From contig CP086569.2 of NCBI GenBank assembly GCA_009914755.4, positions 5,888,001 through 5,952,000 on the forward strand: a stretch of 64,000 nt of DNA. The letters run 5' to 3'. Each line of letters opens with the position of its first letter. Within the stretch, counting starts at the first letter, position 1. The position numbers were made by a program, and so were the translations under genes. The notes under the pieces were generated by a model. That model was not told where the DNA came from. It did no database searches and saw nothing but the letters and a program-made list of their open reading frames with translations. Positions 1-15,099 of the stretch are shown in pieces. This stretch comes from the human T2T-CHM13v2.0 reference genome, Homo sapiens.

Positions 1-2084
1 TTTCAGAGCCAAGAAACCTTTTTTCTTTTGAACTGTGTATAGCTAACAATTGGATAAAGTATACTTTTTGAGAAAAGTTGATACATTTATCTTTCTTTTT
101 ATTTGATTTCTCCAAAATTTGGAAGCTATTTGGATTTTTAAATTTATGGCAATATAGTTATTTGAAGAAGTTTAGTAAGAGTATTTTTTCTTTTGTAAGA
201 GTATAAAATTGTAGACACTGGCTACCAAGTCTTTGGTTAGAATGACATATTTTCAGATATGACCAAATATTTTTGAGGAAATGTGACTGAATTCATATAG
301 CCAATGAAAAACTCCTTAGAAAGACTGCCTTCATATCTTGCCTACAAAGTTCCCTTACAAAGTTTGTGATCTCGCAGTAAGTAAAGTATGCCACTCTCTG
401 ATATGTCCAGGATATTCATTCAAGATATTTTGGGACCTTAAGAGAAAAGGAATCCATTCAATTTATACAGAGAATATAGGCACAATGTGATGTGATTGTG
501 ATTCTTTGACTTTACTTCCTACCTTGGAGGGTTTTAAAAATTTAACCTGTAAAGCTTTGCTTTAAAATTCCAGGAAAACCAACTTTAAAGAGCTTATATG
601 GCCAGTCACAATTTTATGCTAAAAATTAGGCCAAGTATATTAGAACTGAAATTTACTTTTCAAATAAATTGGTCCTCTTATGTTTTATTCTTGGTAGAAT
701 TGGGGAACTAGCGAGAGAAAAATTATATTTCAGGAAAACTCTATAGTACACCTGTTTGTAGACTTGTCCATTGTTTTTCAGTTTTTATTATTTTTCTACA
801 ATTTAGACTGAATCATGCATTCTTCTCTGGCTACAAGTCTCCAACTAATGTTTTCAAATTTTCCTTCAATTTTTTTGACATGTGATCACTAGAAAATCAA
901 ACTACTTTTCTTAAAGCCCTGCAAAGTGAAGCTAGACAACTTGATATAAACATCACAAGAAATCACCACGGCAACTGATACATAAACAGCTGTCATGCTG
1001 GCTGATATATCAACTACTCAGAAAGTTCAATTGAATATTTGCTTTGAGTTATTATCCAGAAAAATCTGTCAGCTTGCCACTGCAATCTGAATACGCTTCA
1101 GAGACTCTAGAAAAACAAGTCTATAGAGTACTCTGGACATTAACCTTTGTTTTTCTTGTTTCTATAGAAATGCTTCTTATTAAAGATCTGTTTTCTTGCA
1201 TGATATATACAGGCCTAGTCCATCTGCAATAGCATCTCCTGGAGTGGGACACAGCTGCCGAAATAAACTGATCTATTCTCAGGACTAAGAGACTGATTAA
1301 GAATGATATACATATATATATATAAATGTGCTGTTTTCTGCGTATCCTAATTTGGTTACTTTCTATTCCTTTGCCTTTTTTAATCTAATAAACTCTAACC
1401 AAAATATCTTCAATGCTATAAGCCTTACTTTAACATATAAAAGTTCTTAAAGTTTTAAAGTGGAAGCTGAAAGAAAATCAAAATATTTTACCCCAAAATA
1501 TATTTCTTTGATGTATTTTGAGACACCTGTTTAGAAATCCAGCAAAGAGAAGTAGAGAAGTAACCCTACAAAGTTGTCTTTTGTGGGGGCAGATTTGCAT
1601 CTGTAGAGAATCTGCATTGTTGCAGCCAGATTTTCTCTGAGGCCTCCTTTTATCCAGATCTAGGAAAGATTTACTGAAAGTCTGACACTTTTATAGGTCT
1701 GAAAAAAACAGTTATCATGTATTCTTTCTGAGGTCTGCTACCTGTGAAGTTTCATCTGCATAACAAGACCACTTTTGCTAGCTAAGCCTCCTCTTCTCTA
1801 CCTCCCATAACCTGTTTTGCCACCATAACCTGTTTTTTCAAATTCCAATCCCAATTCTTTCAGTAACATCAAGATGGTATTTAAGCTTCTGAACTCCATG
1901 AGGGGATTAGGATGTAATCACCCTGTGTTTCTCTCCCACATGCATATTAATAATTTTTATGCCCTTTCTCTAATTAATCAGACTTTTGCAAGTTGATTTT
2001 TTTCGTGGATCCTCGGAAGGCAAAGGAGAACTTTTTCTTTGACTTTTGTCCATTGTCAAACTGCTATAAATAAATACCTGAGAC

Positions 2085-2460
2085 TCAGTAATTTCTAAGA
2101 AAAGAATTTTAATTGGCTCATGGTTCTGCAGGCTGTACAGAAAGCATAACAGCTTCTGATTCTCAGGAAGCCTCAGAAAGCTTCCAATCACATGGCAAAA
2201 GGTAAAGCGGGAGTGAGCTCTCTTACATGGCTGGAGCAAGAGATAGAGAGAGAGGAGGGAGGTGCTACACACTTTAAAAAAAAACAGATCTCATGAAAAC
2301 TCACTTACTACTGCCAAGAAAATACCAACGGGGGTGGTGTTAAATCATTCCTGAAAAACTGCCCCCCATGATCTAATCACCTCACACCAGGCCCCACTCC
2401 TAACACTGGAAATTACAACTCAACATGAGATTTGGGCGGGGGCACAGATCCAAACCATAT
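2085..2460 (-). mobile_element. MaLR (THE1/MST-type) solo LTR
   Basis: Ends with ...catgagatttgggcgggggcacagatccaaaccatatca, the reverse complement of the TGATATGGTTTGG...CCCAAATCTCAT LTR start. It is homologous to the copies at 4395–5465, 15100–15690 and 48830–49200. The family name is recalled from memory, not searched. Confidence 0.5.
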
Positions 2461-4394
2461 CAACCCCTATGTTAGATTTTACTATACCCTTGAACATTGC
2501 TACCCACAGTTATCAGAATAAACATATGATCTTTAGAGTCTGCTTGAGAATCATTCATTGTTTATGTATACTTACTAAAAGCTCCTACGAAAAATTGAGA
2601 ATTGACTGTTTTAGTTGTGGGGTAATGAAAAAAAAACTGAAGAAGGAAAATATCAGACTAGCTATTTTATAGTAGATCCCAGTTCATCTTTAGAAGATAA
2701 TTTCTTAGCATGGATTAAATCATTCTATATATAAGAATTTATTGCTCTTACTAGAATCCCTTTATATAAAAAATGCCTAGACACAATGGCCAATCCAATA
2801 GCAATGAGCATTCTGAATCCCAGGACTGTGACATTTTAATACTATTTCTCATTTACTTAAACCAAACTTCCTGGATAAATGGTTGATTCAAGGTATAGAA
2901 TAGAAAATATACAAGATAAATCTGGAGTCCATTGGTATGCCAGAGAGCAATGAAGCTAACAAAGACTATGAATATCATCTCAAAAGGACTCTAGTTCCAA
3001 CTTAAATAGGTTCTTGTAGCCAAACAATATACAGTTCGAGCCTCAATAAAGATAAAAATTGAAACATATTGAGAACATCAAATACATATAAATCCATGAT
3101 TTTATAATGGCATGAAAAACAAGTGTTCACTTTTAAAAAGTGACAGAAGACTAATTATCTAAAAACTGTAAATAATGTTAAATAATCATACATTTAACCT
3201 ACCTTTCCTACATAAACTGTACCACTAGTTAATAAATTATTAGATTAAAAGTATCTCTATATAAAATTATTCTAGATTTAAAAGCAAACCATAATAAAAT
3301 TAAAATATTGCCATTTTGAATGCCCCCCAATGAATCTATGCATTGAAGATCAAAAGCTGCTCACATTTAAAAAAAGGTGAAAAACAGTCATATGCCTCCT
3401 GATGAAAGGACAAGACACCACCAATAGCCTTGTCACAGGGATTGCATCTGACTCTGATCACATTTTCTAATCCAGCTGCCATTTTGCAGAAAATACAGGG
3501 GAACTTACTGAACTGTACTATGATTACCAAGCAGAAAGCCCACACTGTAAAAACATTTACAAGTCAAACATAAGTTTTTAAACAAATAAATTGTAAGAAA
3601 GAAAAGAATGAAGAGAGGAAATCTATGGATAAATGTGATGTAAAACTTATATCATTTTTTAAATGGGGAAGCTTAAAGCTATAGTGTCTAGGGTTGCACA
3701 CGTGGGTAATAAAACCAAAAGACATGCAGGAAAGTGATTACTAAAATGTCAGAATGATGGTTACTTTTGGAAGGAAGAAAAAATTGTGATTGAGATGGGA
3801 CCAATGGAAAGACTTCTAGCATAACGTGAAAAGTTCCTTTTCTTGACCTGGGTGGTGGGTATAATGGTATTCACTTTGTAGTAATTATCTAAGATCATGT
3901 TATCCCTGGGGGAAATAGTGATTAGTAGAAAGCATAAGTAGGAATTCTGGGATGCTGGCCTGTATTCTGCTTCTTGATCTAAATGTGAATTACATGAGTG
4001 TTTTCCATTTCTTATAATTCATTGACCTGTTTACTTACATGCACTTTTCCATATGTAAACTATATTTCATAAAGAAATTAAAAATGTCATGGGCACTCCA
4101 TTAAACACTTCAGAGAGTAATGCTTCTTCCATTAGGCTCTTCTAATGAGAAATATTCTCACATTTTTAATTTCAATATACAATAATTTAAAAATTGGACC
4201 CTGATCATGGAGCAAAAAAAAAACTTATGCAAAATTAATCATAACACTGTCCATGGGGTCCAGAAACACAACAGGGGCAGGATTAATCCTTGGCACTTTC
4301 TTTTTTTTAACAGTAATCTGTTTTTCTTGGAGATAATCCATCCTAATTTTCAGAAATTTTTCAGCTTCACTCAGAAAGTTAATTGGGGCACCTC

Positions 4395-5465
4395 CGTTGA
4401 AATGGTTTGACTCTGTGTCCCCACCCAAATCTCATGTTGAATTGTAATTCCCAATGCTGGGGAAGGGACCTGGTGGTAGGTGACTTGATCATGGAGGTGG
4501 ATTTTTCCATTGCTGTTCTTGTGACAGTGACTGAGTTCTCATGATATTTGATGGTTTAAAGTCTCTGGCACTTGCCCTTTCTTTCTCTCTCTCTCTCTCT
4601 CCTTCTGCCACGTGAAGATGTGTTTGCTACCTCTTCACACTTCTGCCATGACTGTAGGTTTCCTGAGGCTTCCCCAGCCATGCCTTTTGTAAATCCTGTG
4701 GAACTGTGAGTCAATTAAACCTCTTTTATTTATAAATTACCCAATCTCAGACAGTTTTTTATAGCTGTATGAAAATGGACTAATACAGAAAACTGGTACT
4801 GAGAGTGGGTTACTGCCCCTTTGTTTTGGCCAATTTGTCCATTTGGAATAGGAGCATTTACACAATGCCTGTACCCTCATTGTATCTTGGAAGTAACTAA
4901 CTTGATTTTTATTTTACATGCTCATAGGCAGAAGGGACTTGTCTTGTCTCAGATGAGACTTTGGACTTGGACTTTTGAGTTAATGCTGGAATGAGTTAAG
5001 ACTTTGGGTGGACTGTTGGAAAGTCATAACTGTGTTTTGAAATGTGAGAAGGACATGAGATTTGGGAGGATCCAGGGTCACAATAATATGGTTTGGTTCT
5101 GTGTCCCTACCCAAATCTTATGTTGAATTGTATTGACTAATGTTGGGGGAAGAACTTGTGGGGAGGTGATTGGATCATGGGGGCAAATTTCCCCCTTGCT
5201 CTTATTGTGATAGTGAGTGAGTTCCTGTGAGATCTAATTATTTAAAAGTCTGTGGCACTTCCCCCTTCTCTCTCTCTTTTGCTGCCATGTGAAGACCTGC
5301 TTGCTTCCTGTTGGCTCTTTCACCATGATTGTACATTTCCTGAGGCCTCCCCATCCATACCTTCTGTATAACCTGTGGAACTGTGAGTCAATTAAACCTC
5401 TTTTCCTTATAAATTACCCAGTCTCAGATAGTTCTTTATAGTAGTGGGAGAATGGAGTAATATAC
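4395..5465 (+). mobile_element. MaLR (THE1/MST-type) element with internally deleted core: LTR (4395–4770), about 310 bp of 3' internal sequence, LTR (5085–5465)
   Basis: Two roughly 375-bp units both begin ggtttg..ctgtgtcccc/tacccaaatct.atgttgaattgta and end ...ctgtggaactgtgagtcaattaaacctcttt..ttataaattaccca.tctcag. The sequence between them matches the 3' end of the MaLR internal region (cccctttgttttggccaatttgtccatttggaa). Confidence 0.55.
4577..4602. repeat. (CT)n microsatellite inside MaLR LTR
   Basis: ctttctttctctctctctctctctcc. Confidence 0.8.
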
Positions 5466-8400
5466 CTGTCATGTTAAACCATCTCTATATCTCCAGTACA
5501 ATCTGTACCTAATCAGGGTACTGGTTTTATGTGAAGATCAAGTTTGTTTTTTGTTTACCACACATAAACTTGATTTGTGTATATGAGATGTTAGAGATGT
5601 ATTTATTCAAGAGTAATCCACAACCTGTGGTTAATTTATCATTGAGGTATGAGCCCACTATCATAAAAATTAAAGGGGTTTATGAAAAATTACCCAGAAA
5701 ATCACTCACTTTTATACCTACCATTCACACGATGATTTCTATAATGGGCAGATGTTTGTCAATACCTTAGCTTAAGTGGTAAACAATACTTTCACAGCTT
5801 TTAAGTTTCAATGGAGAAGTTTAATTGTTTTTTGTCCAAGTGCTAATAGACAAATAAGTAGCTATAGATTCCCTGTTAGCCAAAATGGTGTTTGATGTTA
5901 CACTCAGACTAATACTACTGCCATGTAAAATGACAAATCTCTAAATTGAAAGAACTGACCACTTGGAAACTTGTTTTCTTGGCTTAGATTTAATTTGAAT
6001 CATGACATTCATTATGCTTGACATAACCCAACCCTTATTTTGCTATTAGTCTTTTTGCAAATTGTCCATGACAAATGTGTACATGAGTCTTATATGCTGC
6101 TGTTCCATTAATGTCATATCAGATGGTCCAATAACTCATCATTTGACAAAAAGAACATAGAGGTCAGACCCTGGTCCAACTACAAACTGTTGTTTCTGAG
6201 ACAATGATGGAATCTAATGATCACTTGCGTTGTATAGAACTGGAATAAGAACACTTTTGTGGCTGACTTTATGATCTACTCAGGATGGCTGAGGGGATTT
6301 GGGAATAGAAGAGTCATATAGTCATCTGAATTGCCACTGAAACAATAGGATGGCTAGAGAAGATAAAGAGTAGGGAAATCTGAGTGACAAAACAAATATT
6401 GTGAGCCCTGCGTAGAGAATCAATAAATTTATTGGATGTTAAATAGAATTAAAAGACAGTATTTAAATAATTCTTTAAAATTCTGTTTCAAATACATATA
6501 TTTTGTATTCTAATAAGTCAAATTGACACAAGTTGGAAACACCTCCAATAAAAAGTGTAAAAGCAAGATGTACAATGGCACAATATTAGGATCTCAGCTG
6601 TAAACACTGTTCAATAAATTTAGTTAATATCAACTCCTCATAGGGCAAAGAATTTGTATGCCAACTCCCAAAATGGAAAGAATGGCTCCCAGGCAAGACG
6701 TAATGATAACCAGCTGAAAGTTATTAACATATCTAAAGATAAAATATATAGATGTAGGTGTGCTTGCTGCTTGTGTGGATGGTGGTATAGTATGGGGGGA
6801 GAAGAGGGAAAAGCAGAAAATGTAGAATAAAAATAGAGGGGTAGTGAAGCAAACCTTGACATTGCCCACACAAGTACGTATCAGGAGGCAAGAACTCTTA
6901 AATAATAAATTAGCCTTTCATTTTTAGAATGCTTCCAAGTTGAAAGTTCTCAAGCCCCTAAGAATTCTCTTTAGTAAGTATCTAAGTTAATGAGTGTTCA
7001 TTCTAGCTGATTGCAAGTTCTGTCTTCTATGGCCTTCTCTTTCCCTAGTATTTCTGATTATCCCTGGAAAATTCTTACATATTCCACAAATTGATGCTGG
7101 CTTCACTTATCACCTTTCCTACAGACACAAGCTCTGGTCTTCTCTTTTTGATGTTGTTTTCTCTTTTCCAGTGCCACTTCACTCCAGTGTGAACTAACAT
7201 TTCTTTCTTAATGTCCTAAATATTTTCTAACTCTAATCTGTAGAAGCTATCAGATCTCTTCTGTGAAGTAATATAGCATTCTGGTTAAATGTGTGGACAC
7301 TGATACTATGTCTTAGGTTCTAATCCATTTGGCCACTTACTAGCAGTAAGATCCTAGGGAAGTTACTAACTTGATGCCTGAATTGTATTTTTTTTTGTAA
7401 AACAAAGATAATACTAGTACTGATATCATAGACCTTCATTAAAGATTAAATGGACTACTTCCAAGTGAGCATTAGGAGCAGTGCTTGGCACATAGTACAT
7501 GCTAGCTAAGTATTATCCATATGGAAGCTTGGGAACAAACTATTGAGAATTGCAATGAAGGGAAAAAATAACAAAAACAAGGTGTAATATTTTACCTAAT
7601 GTTCATTGACTAGTGCCTATCAAGGGAACTTCCTAACTGGTATTTCAGTCTGCCCTCTTCTACAGGATTCTCTGTGAAAAGTATAGTTTATAGCTCACTT
7701 ACTGGAACTGCCTTGCCCTTGTCCTCTCTCCAGGGTGCTCACCATCAATCCCCCTACCTGCCTGCAATACATCAGAAAAGAAAGTTCTTTCTCTTCAGCA
7801 ATTAAAAATTGATCACTTTGTAAAGCTGCAACTCAGGACCACACTGGAGAAGATTTTTACATGACTATACTCAGTTAACAAGTTCCTTAAATTCCTCATT
7901 CTAGGAAAGGATTTTGGCTTTTTATCAACATAAATGGAAAGCTGATAAAGTGTTTATCCCAAAGCAGAAAATAAATTTTCCTTAGTCCTACACCACAACA
8001 CCCATCAAGATAAGTAGTGTTAATCATACATTTGAAATAGGCTTCCCCTCTAGAATAGCTGGAGATGCCTTTGAAATACTACGCTTTTAAATATGCATCA
8101 CCTTAAGAAAGGCTTAACCTCTTATATCACATGGGTAACATTTTGGCAACAATTTGGGCAAGATATTTAAGCTTTCTATTTCATCATCTATAAAATGGGG
8201 TTATTACTGCCATCTACTTCAAGGGGTTGCTTCCAGGGTTAAATACATAAAAAGATAAATAAAGCTCTTATTGCATTATCTGGAATATAGCAAACACTCA
8301 ATAAATCTTAAATATTTTTAAATTATGGTAATAGATCCCAGAAAATAGAGACTTTTTAAAAAGAAGTTTTCTGTGCTCCTTGTTCTAACTTTCCTCTGGA

Positions 8401-11400
8401 ACCTTAATGAGTTTCTGATGCAGTTCACGTCTACAAATTTGCCAAGAATAGCTGATGAGATTCAAGGTGACTGCAAAAAGTTGCACCTTTTTTACATATT
8501 GTGTTTTTTAAGAGAAGAAAAGAACATGTTAACAAGGGTTTAGCTCTTTTTTAAAAAAGGGCAAGATAAAGTAAGTCATATAAATCACCTGATTTTCTTA
8601 TTTTAAATTATTGAATACATTTTCTATGCCACTTTACTTATCTTCTTTAATGATGCTATTCTGAAAGTTTCCTTCAATATTTTAACATTTTCTGGCTGCT
8701 TTTGTATGATTGTTATGAGTGGTTCTGGAGCTAGAAATGTCCAGTTAGCAACATACTAAAAAAGGTTATTTATGCTTTAGATTGTGACTGTAAAACAGTT
8801 TAACAGTTTACAAAAGTATTGTTATTGATTCTAGATATCATTGGTCTCTTTGAGTATATTCTTAAATCTTCCTTTTATTATTTGTATCGTTAGAGGAAGA
8901 TTAGGCATAATCTACTAAACTGAAGAGGAGAAAAACCGAATTTTTTTTTACTTTTAAAAGATCTTACAGGTATGTTCTGTGATTTGGTATTTTGTATTTG
9001 GTAAATATGTTTCATGGTATTGTTCTTTCCATTTTTATATTAACATTTTTGGATTTCATATTAAATGAATCTTGGCATCAAAATGTTTCAACATATCTCT
9101 CTTTCTGGTGAAGCTCATCCTGTTGGTTGATTTATTTGTCTTATGGCTGTACTTTTCTCTGTGATTTTATGCAAGTCTTGTTGTCAACCTTAAACAATCA
9201 AAAGGCTCAGGATGTAGTTAAAAGAGTTTATTCAAGTGCAAAGTGTGAGGGAAGCTGTCTGGGAAGCAGAACTTCATCAAGGAAGAATGGTAAGAAGAAT
9301 GGTAATCAGGGCTCCTGACACGAGAAAAATGAGGATTGTTTATATAGGCCAAACAAAGCTGCTGAACAGAATTACATTTTTCATACAAAGGCTAAAATAC
9401 AGACATAAGACCTAATTAGCTACTATTGATTACACAAGAATGGAGTGGTTTGAAATTCTTTTATAAAGAGGTAACAGTCACAAGGGTCTCTATCTCTAAC
9501 ATCATTTAATCTAGGTTTGAATAAATAATAGGAAGTCTGGATAATGTATAACATCTCAACACAAAGGTCAGAAAACAATGGTTATGCACCAGAGAAGAAA
9601 AACAGTTGTAATAGGCGAGTCGGCTTTTATGCCTTAACTTTTATGGCAAAACCTCTCTAAGCGTTTTGAATCTCAAACATTGCTTATTCGGGTTTGCATA
9701 TCTGTCATTAATTTGGTGATGTTATGTAATTCATCTGGGATATAAACACAGGATTGTTTTTTGTATATATTTTTCCCTTTTACAAATTTTTATCTTTTAT
9801 TTTAGAATCAGGAGGCACATGTGCAGCTTTATTACAAGGCATACTGTGTTATGTTGAGTTTGGGAGTATGAATGAATCTGTCCTGCCAGTAGAGAGCATA
9901 GTATCCAACAGGTAGTTTTAAAACCTTGCGTCCTTCCCTCCCTTCTCCTTCTTGTATTGCACAGTGTCATATTGATCTCATCTTTATGCGCATGTATAGC
10001 CAGTGTTCAGGTCCCACTTATAACTGAGAACACGTGGTATTTACTATTCTGTTCTGCAAACTTAGCTTAGGATAATGGCTTTCAACTGCATCCATCTTGC
10101 TGCAAAGAACATGATTTCTTTTGTTTTTCATGGCTGTGCAGAATACCATGGTGTATATGTACCACACTTTCTTTATCCAGTTCACTGTTGATGGGCACTG
10201 GGGTTGATTGCATGTCTTTGTTATTGTGAGTAGTGTTTTGATGAGCATATAAGTGCCTGTGTCTTTTTGATAAAATAATTTATTTGGGGGAAGTATGTAC
10301 TGAGTAACAGGATTGGATTGCTGGGTCAATTGGTAGCACAACTTTTAGTTCTTTGAGAAATCTTCAAACTGCTCTCCATACTGGCTGAATTAATTTTTAT
10401 TCCAACGAACAGTATATAAGTGTTGTCTTTTCTCCAGAACCTCATCAACATATGTTAGTTTTTTACTTAAAACAAACAAACAAACAAAACTTCCAACTGG
10501 TGTGAGTTGATACTTCATTGTCATTTTGATTTTTATGTCTCTGATGATTAGTGACAATGGGAATTTTTCCATGTTTGTTGGCTGCTTATATGTCTTCTTT
10601 TGAGAAGTGTTTTTTCCTGTCCTTTGCCCACTTTCTAGTGGGTCATTTGCTTTTTGCTTCTTGGATTAAGTTTCTAATAGATTTGGGATATTAGACCTTT
10701 TTGAGATGGATACTTTTTGAATATTTTCTCCCATTTTGTAGGTTGTCTATTTATGACCTTGATAGTTTCTTTTGCTCTTCAGAATCTCTTTAGTTTAATT
10801 AGGTCACACATTCAATTTTGTTTTTGTGCAATTGTTTTTGAGGGCATAGCCATAAATTCTTTGCCAAAGTTGATATTGAGAATGGTATTATTTAGAGTTT
10901 CTTGTAGAATTTTTATACTTTGAGATCTTACATGTCAATCTTTACTCCATCTTGATTTAATTTTTATATATGGTGAAAGGTAGTGGCCCAGTTTCATTCT
11001 TCTGCATATGGATAGCCAGTTATTCCCACACTATTTACTGAATAGAGAGTTTTTTTCACCATTGTTTATTTGTTTAGACTTTGTCATGGAGCAGATGGCT
11101 GTAGGTGTTTAGTTTTATTTTCAAGTTGTCTATTCTGTTCCATTGGTCTATGTGTCTGTTTTTGTATTGGTAGCATGCTGTTTTGGTTATTATAGCCTTG
11201 TAGTATAATTTGAAGTTGGGTAATGTGAGGCCTCTAGCTTTGTCCTTTTTGTTTGGATTTCTTTGGTTATTTGTGCTCTTTTGGTTTTATATAAGTTTTA
11301 GAAATTTTTTTTTGGCTAATTCTGTGTAAAATAACTTTGGTAATTTGGTAGGAATAGTGCTGAATCTGTAAATTGCTTTGGGGTGTGTGGCCATTTTAAT

Positions 11401-13229
11401 GATATTGATTCTTCTAATCCATCAACATGAAAAGTTTTTCAGTTTGTGTCGCCTCTGACTTCTTTCAGCAGTTTTTGCAGTTTTTGTTGAGATATTTCAC
11501 CTCTTTGGCTAGTCATATTACTAGGTATTTTATTCTTTTGTAGCTATTGTAAATGGGATTGCATTCTTGATTTTACTCTCAGCTTGACCTTAGAACATTT
11601 CTAAGTATATAGAAATGTTCCTGATTTGAGTACATTAATTGTACATACTGAAACTTTTCTGAAGTTGTTTATTAGTTCTAGTAGCCTTTTGGTAGAGTTT
11701 TTAGGTATTTTTTCAGGTATAGAATTACATAGTGGAGAAAGACAATTTGACTTATTTTTTTCTCTTGTCTAATTGCTATGAAAAGGATTTTCAGTACTAT
11801 GTTAAATAGGGTAGTGAAAGTGGGCATCTTTCTCTTGATCCAGTTCTCAAAAGGAATAGTTCCAGCTGTTGCCTATTCAGTATGATGCTGTCTGTGGCTT
11901 TGTCATAGATGGCTTTCTTATTTTGATGTATGTTTCTTCAATGTCTAGTTTACTGAGGATTTTTATCATGAAGGAATGTTGGATTTCATTGAAAGCATTT
12001 TCTCTCTATTAAAATGATCGTAAGGTTTTTAATTCTGTTATGTAGTGAATGATATTGAATGATATGTGTATGTTTAACCAACTTGCATCCAAGGAATAAA
12101 GCCTGCTTCATTATAGTGAATTAATTTTTGACTTGCTACTGGAATTGGTGTGCTTGTACTTTGTTGAGAATTTTTGCTTTTGTGTTCATTAGGGATTTTG
12201 GCCTGAAATGTTCTCTTTTTTTCATTGCATCTCTACCTGATTTTGGTATTAGGATGACTCTGGATTCATGGAATGAGTTAGGAAGGATTCTTCCCTACTC
12301 AATTTATTGGAATAGTTTCAGTAGGATTGGTACCACTTCTTCTATATCTAATAGAATTTAGCTGTCAATCCATCTGGTCCAGAAATTTTTATTGGTAAGT
12401 TTTTATTACTGATTTAATTTCAGAACTCATTATTGGTCTGTTCAGGGTTTCAATTTTTTCCTAGTTCAATCTGGGGAGGTGAATCTAGCAATTTATTCAT
12501 TCCCTCTAGATTTCCTAGTTTGTGAGCATAGATGTATTTATAATAGTCTCCAAGGATCTTTTATATTTCTGTGAAATTGGTTGTAATGTCACCTTGTAAT
12601 TTCTGACTATGTTTATTTGGATCTCCCCTCCTTTTTTTCTTTGTTAATCTAGCAGTCTATCCATTCTGTTTATTCTTTCAAAAATTTATTTTTGGTTTTG
12701 TTAATCTTTTGTATGGAATTTTGGCTTTCAACTTTGCTCAGTTTGCTCTGATTTTGGTTATTTATTTTCTTCTACTAGTTTTGGGGTTAGTTTGTTCTTG
12801 TTGTTCTAGTTCCTGTAGGTTCAAGTTTAGATTGTTAATTTAACTAACTTCTTGATGTAGGCTTTAAAAAATATATATTTCCATAGGCTTTTGGGGAACA
12901 GGTGGTATTTGGTTACATGAGTACGTTCTTTAGTGGTGATTTGTGAGATTTTGGTGCACCCATCACCCAAGCAGTATACACTGAACCCAAGTTATAGTCT
13001 TTTATTGCTATAAACTTCTTAACACTGCTTTAGCTGTATCTCTAACAATTTGGTATGTTGTGTTTACTTTTAACAATTTCAAAGAATTTTTTGATTTATG
13101 CCTTATTTCATTGTTTACCAAAAGTCATTCAGGAGGAAGTTGTCTATTTGCATATAATTTTTTTGGTATTAAGAGATCTTTTTGATATTGATTTCTATTT
13201 TTATTGCCCTGTAGTCCAAGAGTGTGGCT

Positions 13230-13262
13230 GGTATGATTTTGATATATATATATATATATATT
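13230..13262. repeat. (TA)n microsatellite
   Basis: gatatatatatatatatatattttaat. Confidence 0.8.
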
Positions 13263-13689
13263 TTAATTTTGTGATACTTGCTTTATGGGTGAGCATGTAG
13301 TCAATCTTAGAGTATGTTCTGTGTGCATATGAGAAGAATGTATTTTCTGGAATTGTTGGATGGAGTATTCTCTAGATGTCTTTTAGCTGTCCAATTGGTC
13401 AAGTGTCAAGTTTAAGTCCAGAATGTCCTTGTTAACTTTCTGCCCTTGAAGAACTAACACTGTCAGTGGGGTGTTGAAGTCCCTCGCTATTATTGTGTGA
13501 CTGTGTAAGACTTTTTGTAGGTTGAGGAAAACTTGTTTTATGAATCTGAGTGTTCCTATGTTGGGTGCATATAAATTTAGGATAAATTTTCTTGTTGAAT
13601 TGAGCCATTTATTATTATGTAATGCCCTTCTTTGTCCATTTTGACTGTTGTTCATTTAATGTCTGTTTTATCTGTTTTATCTGTTGTAA

Positions 13690-13708
13690 GAATAGCGACC
13701 TTTGCTCT

Positions 13709-13740
<32 letters not shown>
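13690..13740. repeat. poly(T) tract of about 48 nt
   Basis: A direct homopolymer run inside the L1 body. Confidence 0.9.
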
Positions 13741-13746
<6 letters not shown>

Positions 13747-13978
13747 GCATGATAGCTTTTTCTCCATCCCCTTACTTTTAGCTTGTGGTTATCAGTATAT
13801 GTGACATGGCTTTCTTGAAGACAGTAGAAGGTTGGGGCTTGTATTTTTTTTTAAAATCCAATTTGCCACTCTCTCTTTTTAGTAGAGTATTTAGACCCTT
13901 TACATTCAACCTTAATAAAGATATTTGAGGTTTTGATCCTGGTCATTGTGTTGTTAGCTGGTTATTTTATAGACTTCA

Positions 13979-14278
<300 letters not shown>

Positions 14279-15099
14279 TTAGTGTATGTGGGCAATGTAC
14301 TTAGGTACATTAAATGCTGTTTTTGTGGTAACAGTAATTGTTCTTTAATTTCCATGTTTAACACTTTCATAACATCCTCTTGTAAGGCCAACCTAGTGGT
14401 AATAAATTCCCTTAGCTGTTGCTTTTCTGAAAAAAAAAATTCTCCTTCACTTAAGAAGCTTAGTTTGGGATAATATGAAATTCTTGGTTGGAATTTATTT
14501 TCTTTATTGATCCTAAAATATGCCTTCAATTTCTTCTGGCTTGTGACTTTTCCATTAGAAAGTCTGCTGTTAGCCTGATGGGGTTCCTTTTTTATGTCAC
14601 CTGACACCTGTCTGTAGCTTCCTTTAAGATTTTTTTCTTTAATGTTGATCTCAGATGATCTCATGAGTATGTGTCTTTGGAATGGTCATCTTCCATAGTA
14701 TATTGCAGATTTTTTTTTTTCTTGAATTTGCATGTCAATTTCTCTAACAAGGTAGGGAAGATTTTCATTAACTATATCATCAAATATGTTCTCTAAGTTT
14801 CTTATTCTCTCAGGAATGCCAGTGTGTTGCAGGTTTGGTCTCCTTATATAATTCCATATTTCTCAGACATTTTGGCCACTTTTAAAAATTCTTTTAAAAA
14901 AATGTCTACTTGAGTTGATTCAAGACTGGTCTTCAAACTGAAATTTTTTATGAGCTTGCTGTATTCTTTTGTTAATACTTTCAATTATATTGTACAATTA
15001 TTGTAGTAATTTTTTTCAGTTCTGTAAGTTGAGTTTGGTTCTTTTGTAAAATTGCTATGTCACGTTTCTTCTCTTGGATCATTTTACTGGTTTCCTTGA

